Assembly (NCBI GenBank): GCA_958413985.1
Contig: CATYVZ010000006.1
Coordinates: forward strand, 2,072 to 66,071
DNA length: 64,000 nucleotides
Direction: 5' to 3'
Source of the DNA: an uncultured Bacilli bacterium
GTDB taxonomy: Bacteria; Bacillota_I; Bacilli_A; RF39; UBA660
Program-made: the position numbers and the translations under genes
Notes under the pieces: generated by a model
Databases searched by the model: none
Seen by the model: the letters and a program-made list of their open reading frames with translations, nothing else
Told to the model about the DNA's origin: nothing
Shown: piece after piece, positions 46,515-56,288 of the stretch
Layout of the letters: every line of letters begins with the position of its first letter
Numbering within the stretch: position 1 is the stretch's first letter

Positions 46515-48065
46515 TTTTGCTTCTTCTTGAGCTCTCGTTTCTCTAATTACAATAACCTTAATGGTTCCTGGATACTGCAATGTTTCTTCAATTTTATTTT
46601 TAATATCACGCGCTACTTTATAGCTAGCTGCATCGTCGATTTTTTCAGGCTTAACAATAACTCGTAATTCACGACCAGCTTGCATTGCATAAGATTTTTC
46701 AACACCTGGAATTTCATTGCCAATTTTTTCTAATTCTTGTAATCTTTGAACATAGTTTTCTAATGAATCATTTCTAGCTCCTGGACGAGAAGCCGATAAG
46801 GCATCAGCGATTGCGACTAGAACTGATATGACATTGTTGGCGTCTTTATCACCATGATGGGACTCGATCGCATTGATAACGACATCGTTTTCTTTATATT
46901 TTTTAGCTAAAGAAGCACCCAATTCAACGTGAGAACCTTCAACTTCATGATCGATTGCTTTACCGATATCATGAAATAATCCAGCTCTTTTAGCAAGTCC
47001 AACATTCTCACCTAGTTCGCCAGCCATAATGCCAGCTAAATGAGCAACTTCGATGGAATGACGCAATGCGTTTTGGCCAAAACTTGTTCTAAAATGTAAT
47101 TTACCTAATAATTCTTGTAATTCTGGATCGACTTTAGTAATACCTAATTCGAATAAAGCTTCTTCACCATATTCTAGTAGTTTAGCTTTCATTTCTTTAG
47201 CTGTTTTATCATAAATTTCCTCGATCCGTCCTGGATGAATTCGGCCATCTTTAATTAAAGCCTCGATTGCTACACGGGCAATTTCACGACGATATGGATC
47301 AAAGCTAGATAAAACTATTGCTTCTGGTGTATCATCGATAATTAAATCGACACCAGTCACTGCTTCGATCGATCTAATGTTTCGACCTTCACGACCAATT
47401 AACCGACCTTTCATATCATCACTTGGTAAGCTAACTACTGTTACAGTTTGGTCACTAGCAACATCGCCGGAATATTTCTGCATTGAAGATACTAATAAGC
47501 TTTTAGCTTTACGATCAACTTCTAGCTTAGCTTCTATTTCCCTATCCTTAATATAAGCAGCAATTTCTAAGTTCATCATTTCTTCAACTTTTTTCAACAC
47601 TAATTCTCTAGCTTCATTCTTTGAATAACCAGCAATTTTTTCTAATAGATCGACTTGTTGCTTTTTTATTTCCTCCACTTTATCTTGTTCTTTTTGAATT
47701 TCTCTTTGTTTATTTACTAAATTATTTTCTTTTTCTTCTAAAATTTGTTCGCGATTTTGTAAAGTTTGATCTCTTTTATCAATATTATTTTCACGTAAAA
47801 GAAGGCGCTCCTCTGATTCTTTTATCTCCTGTTTTTTATCTTTGATTTCTTTTTCTACTTCTATTTTTAGTTTATGAGCTTCTTCCTTAGCATCTAATAA
47901 ATAATTTCTTTTTATCTTATCTGCTTCTTTATTTGCTTTATCGATAATTGATTCTGCTTTTTTACCAGACATATTTATTTTTATATAATTTAGTATGATC
48001 ATTCCGATGATCCCGACAAAAAGTCCCAATATTACAAATAAAATGGAGAGCATAATATTATCCAT
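46512..48065 (-). CDS. rny: ribonuclease Y
   Basis: N-terminal TM, coiled coil, KH domain (GREGRNIR) and HD domain (...HDIGK...). Confidence 0.9.
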   Translation of the reverse strand: MDNIMLSILFVILGLFVGIIGMIILNYIKINMSGKKAESIIDKANKEADKIKRNYLLDAKEEAHKLKIEVEKEIKDKKQEIKESEERLLLRENNIDKRDQTLQNREQILEEKENNLVNKQREIQKEQDKVEEIKKQQVDLLEKIAGYSKNEARELVLKKVEEMMNLEIAAYIKDREIEAKLEVDRKAKSLLVSSMQKYSGDVASDQTVTVVSLPSDDMKGRLIGREGRNIRSIEAVTGVDLIIDDTPEAIVLSSFDPYRREIARVAIEALIKDGRIHPGRIEEIYDKTAKEMKAKLLEYGEEALFELGITKVDPELQELLGKLHFRTSFGQNALRHSIEVAHLAGIMAGELGENVGLAKRAGLFHDIGKAIDHEVEGSHVELGASLAKKYKENDVVINAIESHHGDKDANNVISVLVAIADALSASRPGARNDSLENYVQRLQELEKIGNEIPGVEKSYAMQAGRELRVIVKPEKIDDAASYKVARDIKNKIEETLQYPGTIKVIVIRETRAQEEAK

Positions 48066-48287
48066 ATATTACCTCCACTTTCTATATATTAGAGTATTAA
48101 CTCTACTATTATTTTAATATTTATAGAATAATAAGTCAAGAAAAAAATAAATTGTTAATTATACCGATTGGTTTGAAAACCCAAAATATGATTCCAATTA
48201 TATTTATAATGAAAGTGAATTATTTAAAATTTATAATATTAATAACAAATATTCATTATAGATTTGGACCATAATGGTATATCTATT

Positions 48288-49190
48288 TTAATTATTATCT
48301 AAATCTAATATTTCAATAATGTTTTTAAGTTGCTTTAAAATTTTATTTTTTTCTTCTTCTAAATATATATTTTTATAAATATTTGGTTCAAATAAGTCTT
48401 TCTTATTTTCTAATAAAATGCCTATTCTATTATCAACAAAACAAATAAATAACTTTAGTTTTAATTTTTTTTTGATTTTCTTAACCTTTTCAATAATATT
48501 AGGCGTTAAAATTTTTGAGACATCAATGTTGCTTTCCACAAAAACATTAAATTGATTGTCAAATTCCAAATCATCTGTTTTTATTTCTTTATATTTTTTT
48601 CCACGTAACAATCCCATTTTTTTATTACCCTTGAATGTCTTACAAAATATTTGAATACTATTTTCAAGTTTCTTATTTCTTTCCAATACTAACCATTGAC
48701 CTTTAAATGAAGTATGAGCCCAACTATTGCTTGGTCTTCCTAATTGTTCTACCATTTCAATATCCGCAAATTCAAACCTTAAATTTTTATAATTAGCTGA
48801 TATGTAATCATTAAAGATATTCCCTCCTGATATTTTTATATCTTCCACTATTTCAATAAATTTTTTAGGTAATAAACCATCGGGGAAGTCATCTTCTGAC
48901 AACTTATATTCAACATTCATAAAATTTTCTTTTAAACAGTTTAATAAAATATTTTTTTTGTATATTTCTTTATAAAGTTGTTTATCTTTTTTAATAACAA
49001 ACATTTTTATAATTGTATTTGTAAATAATAATCCTAAAGGTAACATAAAAATTAAAATTTGAAATACATCTGATAAATTATTACTATCGGATATAAGTAA
49101 AGTTAAAAATAAAATGAATATTAAAAGTATAAGTATAGTTTTTATATAAATTCGTCTTCTTATTTTTTTTAATTCATCTAAAAATTTCAT
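48288..49190 (-). CDS. membrane protein, DUF3137-like (two N-terminal TM segments and a cytoplasmic domain)
   Basis: Hydropathy pattern and size only. Family guess is weak. Confidence 0.4.
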   Translation of the reverse strand: MKFLDELKKIRRRIYIKTILILLIFILFLTLLISDSNNLSDVFQILIFMLPLGLLFTNTIIKMFVIKKDKQLYKEIYKKNILLNCLKENFMNVEYKLSEDDFPDGLLPKKFIEIVEDIKISGGNIFNDYISANYKNLRFEFADIEMVEQLGRPSNSWAHTSFKGQWLVLERNKKLENSIQIFCKTFKGNKKMGLLRGKKYKEIKTDDLEFDNQFNVFVESNIDVSKILTPNIIEKVKKIKKKLKLKLFICFVDNRIGILLENKKDLFEPNIYKNIYLEEEKNKILKQLKNIIEILDLDNN

Positions 49191-49204
49191 TAAGAATCAC
49201 ATTT

Positions 49205-50272
49205 TTATTTTTTAAATGTTCTTTCAAATGTTTCATTGTAATTTATATTCTTTACTTTGAAAATGATAGTATTATTTTTAAACTCTATTGTTCCATTTGA
49301 TTCTAATGTTTTAAATGTAGCTGTATTATTGCTTATATTTGCACTTATATTTTTTTCCCCACATAATCCAGATAATGTATAATCAAATATAATTATATTG
49401 TTTTCTATTGTTTTAATATTCAATATATCATTTCCTATCGATACATCTACATTATTCTCATCAGTATACCAAGTACCTTTATAATTTTCTAAATTTCCAT
49501 TAGAATAATTTAATGGATTTAAAATAATATTTACTATAACAAACACTACCAATATTACTATTGCCATCCAAATATTTGTGCCACCTTTATTCTTACAAAT
49601 ATTAACTAATTCATTTTCATTAGCAACGGGATTATTTGTTTTAATTTTACCTATTTGTTTTTTTGCGTAAGCAATGTACCATTTATTAAAATTAATTCCT
49701 AATACTATAACAAATATTAAAGCTATTATTGAAAAGATCAAATTAGGTAGAAAACCTAAAATTGCAAATGCTATCATTCCTATTATTGAAGGGACATAAA
49801 CTTTCCTATAAAGTGTATAAATCCAACTTAAAAATAAAGCAGAGAAAGAGAATTTTTGTTGCATTATTTGTTGATAGTTATTTCCTATATATGCGATAAG
49901 TAATTTTTCATCTAAAGATTTCGCATTATTAATCATATTATCTATTTGATAGTCATTTTGTATTTCTTCATATGGTCTTTTTCTTTTATATTTTGCTGTC
50001 ACAATTATTAAAGATGGTATCACCATAAGCCAACATATAAATGCTAACCACCTAAAAGACATTATAATTGGATTTTTTAATAAAGTTGACTCCAATACTA
50101 AATCTTCTTGTGATTCAACTATTATAGAAACAACTATATTAATTATAAACATTAACAAACCACAAAAAAATAATACTACTGGTATCCACCATTTTAATTT
50201 TTCTTTTTTTTCAAAATTATTATCTTGATTAAATTGATTATTGTTATTTAAATTCATTTCTAATTCCTCCAT
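49205..50272 (-). CDS. membrane protein with a DUF2628-like motif
   Basis: FSFSALFLSWIYTLYRKVYVPSIIGMIAF resembles the DUF2628 signature (xFSWNWxAFLFGxxWxLYRKMY). It has an Asn-rich C-terminal extracellular region. Confidence 0.45.
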   Translation of the reverse strand: MEELEMNLNNNNQFNQDNNFEKKEKLKWWIPVVLFFCGLLMFIINIVVSIIVESQEDLVLESTLLKNPIIMSFRWLAFICWLMVIPSLIIVTAKYKRKRPYEEIQNDYQIDNMINNAKSLDEKLLIAYIGNNYQQIMQQKFSFSALFLSWIYTLYRKVYVPSIIGMIAFAILGFLPNLIFSIIALIFVIVLGINFNKWYIAYAKKQIGKIKTNNPVANENELVNICKNKGGTNIWMAIVILVVFVIVNIILNPLNYSNGNLENYKGTWYTDENNVDVSIGNDILNIKTIENNIIIFDYTLSGLCGEKNISANISNNTATFKTLESNGTIEFKNNTIIFKVKNINYNETFERTFKK

Positions 50273-50383
50273 TTCACATATCTTTTTTATATCATTTTAA
50301 TATTCTAATAATATGTGATATTTTTGATGTGAGGAATTGGTTTTATTTTAGGCAGATAGCTATTTATTTTGTAAAGGGTTATG

Positions 50384-50392
50384 CCCCCCCCC
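50384..50392. repeat. poly(C)9 homopolymer in the divergent promoter region
   Basis: tatgCCCCCCCCCatgtg, in a genome of about 25 % GC. Confidence 0.8.
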
Positions 50393-50712
50393 ATGTGTGC
50401 TATTTGCTAATTTAATCATCTTTCTTAACATCTAACTACACCTACTTTCTATATTCTAATTATAGCATATATTTACATTTTTGTAGCTAGTTATTTATAA
50501 TAACGTTACTTTTTCAATCTTTACAATTTTCAAATAAAGCAGCACTAACATTAGTAATTATATTAAAAGAACTACTATCCTTACCTGTTTGTAATATTAC
50601 TACATAAAAACCAATGCGCTCAAAATGATTGTTAATAAAACACACAATATTTTATAGATTTTTCTTAAAAAATATTATATAATTATTTATAGAATAAATG
50701 AGGGGTGATTTT

Positions 50713-52464
50713 ATGTTAGGTAAAATCGTTTATATGAGCAACAATATCGCTCATGTTCAAATTCCACCTAATATTTCTATTTCAACCAATTTAATGAATA
50801 TGCATGTAATATTTGAAGATGACAAGAAAAAGGTAATAGGTGAAATTGACGATATTGGTAAAGATCTAATTAAAATTAGATTTTTAGGCGAAATTGTCGA
50901 TAATAAATTTGTCGGTGGCGTAATTAGAAAACCTAATATTTCATCTAATGTCCGCATCATAAATGGTGAGGAATTAAAGATTATCGTTGGCGAAAATGAT
51001 CAAAATAGTTTTATGTTAGGTACTAGTGCTTTATATGATAACTATCCAATTATGGTTAATATCAACGAATTATTTTCTAACCACATGGCCATCTTTGGTA
51101 ACAGTGGTTCTGGTAAATCTTGTGGCGTGGCTCGTCTTTTACAAAACTTATTTAGTAATCCTAATTTTAAACCATATCGAGCTAACATCTTTATTTTTGA
51201 TGCTTATGGTGAATATCACAACGCCTTCTCTAACTTTAACCAAATAAACCCTAATTATCAATTTAAGTATTATACAACTAATAAAAACGATCTTAATGGT
51301 GAACCTTTAAGAATTCCTCTATGGCTACTTGATAATGATGATTTGGCTATCTTATTAAGCGCTACTGAACATGCGCAATTACCAATAATCGAAAGAACTA
51401 CTAAATTAGTTAAGATATTTGCCTCAAATAGTGAAATGGCAATCAAATATAAAAACCATTTGATCGCTAAAGCAATTATGAGTATTTTATACAATAATCA
51501 AAATGCTAGTAGTAAAAGAAATGATGTTTTTGCTATATTTAATTCATGTACTACCGAACAGTTTAATCCTGAGGCAGTAGTTCAGGGAGTCGGTTACACA
51601 AGAAAGTTTAGAGAATGTTTTTTAATTAACAACGATGATAATTTTTCAGAAAGTGTCTTATTATCTGAGTATGTCTCTAGTTTTATCGATGAAAGTCTTG
51701 AGCAATATGAAGAAAATGAAATCAATTATTATACTTTAGAAGATTTAGAAAAAGCTTTAAATTTTACTTTAATTTCTGAAGGACTACTTAAAAATGAAAA
51801 AGCTTATAGTAGTGCGATCGCTTTAAAGGTTAGATTGCATTCGATTATCATTAGTCAATACTCTGAATATTTTAAAATGCCTAATTTTATGACTAAAGAT
51901 CAGTATATTGCTTCACTTGTCAGTAAAAATAATAAAAAAGCTCAAATAATCAATTTTAATTTGGAAGATGTCGAAGATTGGTTTGCTAAGTTTGTAACTA
52001 AATCATATGTAAAACTATTGTTTAATTATGTTAAAAACATGAACAATAGAGCGACAATTCCTTTTCATATCTTTTTGGAAGAAGCACACCGTTATGTGCA
52101 GAAGGATAGTGATTCTTATCTTCTTGGTTATAACATCTTCGATCGTGTTGCTAAAGAAGGACGTAAATATGGATTGATATTAGATCTAATATCTCAAAGA
52201 CCAGTTGAATTATCTGATACTGTTATATCACAGATGGCTAATTTTTTGATATTTAAAATAACCCATCCTTTAGATGTTGAGTATATACAAAAGATGTTGC
52301 CAAACATCAGCATCGATATTATTGAAAAACAAAAAAGTTTACAACCAGGTACATGTATGGCCTTTGGTAGAGCTTTTAAAATACCGATGATCGTTAGAAT
52401 GCAAATGCCTAATCCAATGCCAGAAAGCAGTAATTGCAATATCATAGGGACTTGGAAATCATAA
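50713..52464 (+). CDS. HerA/FtsK-superfamily ATPase (DUF87-like; HAS-barrel plus RecA-like ATPase)
   Basis: Walker A IFGNSGSGKS, a Walker B/arginine-finger region (FLEEAHRY... and ...SQRP...) and an N-terminal beta-barrel. A GAGGGGTGA RBS precedes the ATG at 50713. A terminator lies at ~52470..52500 (cctattcttatgaatagg + T-run). Confidence 0.65.
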   Translation: MLGKIVYMSNNIAHVQIPPNISISTNLMNMHVIFEDDKKKVIGEIDDIGKDLIKIRFLGEIVDNKFVGGVIRKPNISSNVRIINGEELKIIVGENDQNSFMLGTSALYDNYPIMVNINELFSNHMAIFGNSGSGKSCGVARLLQNLFSNPNFKPYRANIFIFDAYGEYHNAFSNFNQINPNYQFKYYTTNKNDLNGEPLRIPLWLLDNDDLAILLSATEHAQLPIIERTTKLVKIFASNSEMAIKYKNHLIAKAIMSILYNNQNASSKRNDVFAIFNSCTTEQFNPEAVVQGVGYTRKFRECFLINNDDNFSESVLLSEYVSSFIDESLEQYEENEINYYTLEDLEKALNFTLISEGLLKNEKAYSSAIALKVRLHSIIISQYSEYFKMPNFMTKDQYIASLVSKNNKKAQIINFNLEDVEDWFAKFVTKSYVKLLFNYVKNMNNRATIPFHIFLEEAHRYVQKDSDSYLLGYNIFDRVAKEGRKYGLILDLISQRPVELSDTVISQMANFLIFKITHPLDVEYIQKMLPNISIDIIEKQKSLQPGTCMAFGRAFKIPMIVRMQMPNPMPESSNCNIIGTWKS

Positions 52465-52579
52465 CAACTTTATTACCTATTCTTATGAATAGGTTTTTTT
52501 CATCGATTTTACTAAACTATTTTCGCTTGATATAACAAAAAGAATAGAACTTTTAAATCTTCTATTCTTCAATTAATAT

Positions 52580-53596
52580 TTATTTTTCTTCTTTTTTTAT
52601 TTCTTTTGGTTTTAATCCATAATGTTCTCTTACTTTATTTTCTATTTCATCAGCTAACTTAGGATTTTTCTTTAACATCTCTTTAACAGTTTCTTTACCT
52701 TGACCAATTTTTTCGCCTTTATAAGAATACCATGCTCCACTTTTTTCGATGATATTAGCTTCACTAGCCAAATCAACTAACTCACCTTCATGAGAAACTC
52801 CTTCACCATACATGATATCTACTGTACAGCTTTTAAAAGGTGGCGCCATCTTATTTTTGACAACTTTAATTGTCGTTTTATTACCAATTATATCGTTACC
52901 TTGTTTTAATTGTTCAGCCCTTCTTATATCTAATCTGATCGACGCATAAAATTTTAATGCTCTACCACCAGGTGTTACTTCCGGATTGCCGAACATAACG
53001 CCAACTTTTTCTCTTAATTGGTTGATAAATATAGCGATAGTATTAGTTTTATTGATAACACCAGCTAATTTTCGTAGAGCTTGGCTCATAAGTCTAGCTT
53101 GTAATCCGACATGTGAATCGCCCATTTCACCCTCGATTTCCGCTTGTGGAACTAAAGCAGCAACGGAATCGATAACGATAACGCTAATTGCTCCACTTCT
53201 AACTAAAGCTTCACAGATTTCTAGTGCTTGTTCACCGTTATCTGGTTGTGATAATAATAACTCATCGATATTGACACCTAGTTTTTTAGCATATTGTGGA
53301 TCTAATGAATTTTCAGCATCGATAAAAGCTACCCTGCCACCTAGTTTTTGCGCTTCAGCGATTGCATGCAAAGCAAATGTCGTTTTACCACTTGATTCAG
53401 GACCATATATTTCGATTATTCTTCCTTTAGGATAACCACCTATTCCTAAAATCATATCTAAAGCGATCGATCCACTTGGAATAACATCTATTTGTCTAAC
53501 TTCGTTATTACCTAATTTCATGACTGAACCTTTTCCAAATTGTTTTTCGATATCTTGTAAAACCTGATCTAATGTTTTGTCGTTACTTTTTGTCAT
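52580..53596 (-). CDS. recA: recombinase RecA
   Basis: GPESSGKTT Walker A and RecA loops L1/L2; 338 aa. Confidence 0.9.
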   Translation of the reverse strand: MTKSNDKTLDQVLQDIEKQFGKGSVMKLGNNEVRQIDVIPSGSIALDMILGIGGYPKGRIIEIYGPESSGKTTFALHAIAEAQKLGGRVAFIDAENSLDPQYAKKLGVNIDELLLSQPDNGEQALEICEALVRSGAISVIVIDSVAALVPQAEIEGEMGDSHVGLQARLMSQALRKLAGVINKTNTIAIFINQLREKVGVMFGNPEVTPGGRALKFYASIRLDIRRAEQLKQGNDIIGNKTTIKVVKNKMAPPFKSCTVDIMYGEGVSHEGELVDLASEANIIEKSGAWYSYKGEKIGQGKETVKEMLKKNPKLADEIENKVREHYGLKPKEIKKEEK

Positions 53597-53627
53597 ATTT
53601 CCTCCTATTTTTAACTCCTACGATATA

Positions 53628-53678
53628 ATTATAAAACAAAAAAAAACGAAAGTCAATACAAAAACGAACTAAAGTTTG
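53628..53678 (-). promoter_or_regulatory. recA promoter (TTGACT-17-TATAAT) with a LexA/Cheo-like box (CGAACTAAAGTTTG, one mismatch to GAAC-N4-GTTC) just upstream
   Basis: Read on the minus strand: ...CAAACTTTAGTTCGtttttgtaTTGACTttcgtttttttttgtttTATAATtatatcg. Confidence 0.4.
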
Positions 53679-53714
53679 TGTTTTTGGGTAAAAAAATAAG
53701 ACTGTTACGTCTTA

Positions 53715-54317
53715 TTAACTTAGTAAAACTTTCTTGTTGATCTGATAATATTGAATAGCTGAGTAAACAGCTAATACTGTCGCAATAATAAGTAATACGT
53801 CAGATACTTTTATATTGATAAGTTCAAACGGCAAATTATTAAATAAAGTTAAAACTATACCAATCATTAGAAAAGCTGTCTTATATTTTCCTGATTTAAT
53901 TGCCGCAACTACTTCTTTTTTACTGCCGACTATCATCTTGATTATATCGACAACAGTGTCACGAGTAACGATAATAACTGGAATAATCGGATGTATCAAC
54001 CCTTGACTAGCTAAGATAATCAAAACAGAATTAACTAAAAACTTATCAGCGATAGCATCTAACATTTTACCCAAGTCAGTTATCAAATTATGCTTTCGTG
54101 CTAAATAGCCATCTAAAAAATCAGTTAACGATGCTATGATAAACAAAAATCCTGCGATAAAATATTTAATATCGACGACGATCGCTTCGTTGATAAATAA
54201 CTTAGTTGAACTAAGTCCTACTGCATCAAAAGGAAAAATTAAAATAATGACAATTAAAATTGTTAAAAATATTCGTGCTAAAGTTATTTTATTCGGTAAA
54301 TTCATAAGTACCTCCAT
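53715..54317 (-). CDS. pgsA: CDP-diacylglycerol--glycerol-3-phosphate 3-phosphatidyltransferase
   Basis: CDP-alcohol phosphatidyltransferase motif DGYLARK...G...DAIADK. Confidence 0.8.
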   Translation of the reverse strand: MEVLMNLPNKITLARIFLTILIVIILIFPFDAVGLSSTKLFINEAIVVDIKYFIAGFLFIIASLTDFLDGYLARKHNLITDLGKMLDAIADKFLVNSVLIILASQGLIHPIIPVIIVTRDTVVDIIKMIVGSKKEVVAAIKSGKYKTAFLMIGIVLTLFNNLPFELINIKVSDVLLIIATVLAVYSAIQYYQINKKVLLS

Positions 54318-54765
54318 ATACTAAATTCTCAGTTTCTTCATCTTTATCAGCAACGATATTATAAAGAAGAACGATAATTGTGATCAACAAAACGACAATG
54401 GCCACATAGATAATATTTTGATATATCTTTTCACTTTTTCTTTCAACCGTATATGGCGATCTTATTTTGTTTTCATCTTTCTTATTTTTAGCCTCATTTT
54501 TTATATCGTCAAGTGATAATTTAGAAGTATAATCAAATAAATACTCATTAAAATCATCGACGACTTCTTCTTTATCTAGTCCTAAATATTTAGCATAATC
54601 TCTTATAAAAAACTTTAAACTAAAAACATCTTGAAAGGTCTCGATATTTCCTTCTTCTATATCTACGATCTGGGAGGGAGCAATTTTTAAATCTTCTGCT
54701 GCTTCTTCGATTGAAATACCGATATTTTCTCTTGTGGATTTTAGTTTCTCACCAATTTCTTTCAT
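54289..54765 (-). CDS. RodZ/YmfM-like membrane protein with an N-terminal XRE HTH
   Basis: HTH (...IGISIEEAAEDLKI...) and a single TM; conserved position upstream of pgsA. Confidence 0.55.
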   Translation of the reverse strand: MKEIGEKLKSTRENIGISIEEAAEDLKIAPSQIVDIEEGNIETFQDVFSLKFFIRDYAKYLGLDKEEVVDDFNEYLFDYTSKLSLDDIKNEAKNKKDENKIRSPYTVERKSEKIYQNIIYVAIVVLLITIIVLLYNIVADKDEETENLVYGGTYEFTE

Positions 54766-54788
54766 TTATTCACCTCAAAAGCTAAAAA

Positions 54789-55131
54789 AAATAATACTTA
54801 TAAGCCATGTTCTGTCCTTGATACCAAGGGGCAAACATCTATCTACCATCACTGGTTCTAAAGCAAGTTTTATTCCCTACTTTAAACTCCCCTACCATAA
54901 ATTTGGGTTTCTTGCTTGTGGGGTTTACCGCGTTTCACTCTCCTATCACTAGGAGATTCGTCACTGTGGCACTTTAAGTCTACTTTAATCTAAAGATAGA
55001 TTAGTTCGACGCCGTTAGTTTAAAACTACCATAGGTTATTTTTTCCCTATGCACAATCACTACTACCATTTCAGGATAGTGCAAGCATGGACTTTCCTCT
55101 ATATTAAATACAGCGTTTGCCAAGTATTATT
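54789..55131 (-). ncRNA. rnpB: RNase P RNA, type B (Firmicute type)
   Basis: Minus strand has GAGGAAAGTCCATGCTTGCAC (P4 5' strand), ...AAAGTGCCACAGTGACGAA..., ...GAGAGTGAAACGCGGTAAACCCCACAAGCAAGAAACCCAAATTTATGGTAGGGGAG... and ...GATGGTAGATAGATGTTTGCC...ACAGAACATGGCTTATAAG. These match the B. subtilis rnpB pattern nearly motif-for-motif. The P1 stem is AATAATACTT/AAGTATTATT. Confidence 0.9.
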
Positions 55132-55438
55132 CTTTACCATATATAATTTTTTCAAGATTAGACAATCTTCTTAAAACATCGACACTATTGGTACCAGATT
55201 CACTATCCGCGCTCTCTTTAAGAATGTCTAATTTGGTTTTTAAGTTTCTGATTTCTTGTTTTAGTTTTATATTGTCATTAGTCAATTCTCTAATCTCATT
55301 AGTTAGTTCTTTATTAATGGCAATAAATTCCTCATAATCACGCATGACAACATCTAAAAACTTATCAACCTCTTGAGGACGATAACCTCTTGTATCCAAT
55401 TTAAAATCTTTGTCATAAATATCTTTGACAGTAAGCAT
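55127..55438 (-). CDS. gpsB: cell-cycle protein GpsB (DivIVA-domain)
   Basis: MLTVKDIYDKDFKLDTRGYRPQEVDKFLDVVMRDYE... The likely start is the internal Met. It is adjacent to rnpB, as in Bacillus. Confidence 0.75.
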   Translation of the reverse strand: MLTVKDIYDKDFKLDTRGYRPQEVDKFLDVVMRDYEEFIAINKELTNEIRELTNDNIKLKQEIRNLKTKLDILKESADSESGTNSVDVLRRLSNLEKIIYGKE

Positions 55439-55732
55439 TATTCGATCTTGATACATACTATACCACCCAGATAAATTATATAACAAAATCGAACCTCTTG
55501 TCAACCAAAATCACTTCCTTATATTTTTAAAATAAGTTGCCATTTTGATAAACTTTACATCTTCCAACATCGTATCAAAAATTTGTTCAACATGATCGTT
55601 CATGCTATCACCCAATAGTATTAAAACACACAACTAAAAAAGTTTCAGCAAATTCGACAAAAGTTGTCAAAATAATTTTTAATTATCTTCAAAAATAACA
55701 AAATGTATAGTATAATATTAATGGTGAAATTG

Positions 55733-56287
55733 ATGAATTATCCAAATGGTTTAAAAAAAACATTTAAAATGACGACAAGTAACCGCGGTATGAGTTTAGA
55801 AAACGATATTAATGATTCTAATCTTTATTATCGTAACCACGATATAGCTGTTATATATAAAAAACCAGTCCCAATTACTATAAATAAAGTCGATTATAAA
55901 TCAAGAAAAAATGCCGTTATTAAAGAAGCACACTTTATTGTTCCATCAACTACCGATTATAATGGAATTTATAAAGGATTATATATCGATTTTGAAGCTA
56001 AAGAAACAAGGCAAAATTATTTTCCTTTGGCAAATATCCACAAGCATCAAATCGAGCATTTAAAACAGATTAGAAAATGTGGAGGAATCGGTTTTATTAT
56101 CGTGAGATTTGTCAAGGACAATAAAACTTATCTATTAGAAATTGACAAATTGGTTAATTTTTTAGATAATAATAAGAGAAAATCTATTCCGCAAAAATAT
56201 TTTGCTTTGAATGGTTTTTTAATTAAACAAGGATATAACCCCTATTTAGATTATTTAAAAATAGTTGATGTTATTAAGGAGAGATAA
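55733..56287 (+). CDS. recU: Holliday junction resolvase RecU
   Basis: NYPNGLKKTF...NRGMSLENDIN... matches the RecU N-terminus and catalytic core. GGTGA RBS before 55733. Confidence 0.8.
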   Translation: MNYPNGLKKTFKMTTSNRGMSLENDINDSNLYYRNHDIAVIYKKPVPITINKVDYKSRKNAVIKEAHFIVPSTTDYNGIYKGLYIDFEAKETRQNYFPLANIHKHQIEHLKQIRKCGGIGFIIVRFVKDNKTYLLEIDKLVNFLDNNKRKSIPQKYFALNGFLIKQGYNPYLDYLKIVDVIKER

Positions 56288-56288
56288 A

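Noticed and set aside
52986-53435. 149-aa + strand ORF
   Set aside because: Antisense to recA. A Ser/Ala/Pro-rich translation, typical of a reverse-strand artefact of a conserved GC-richer gene.
54734-54952. 72-aa + strand ORF
   Set aside because: Lies inside rnpB. The region is RNase P RNA, not coding.
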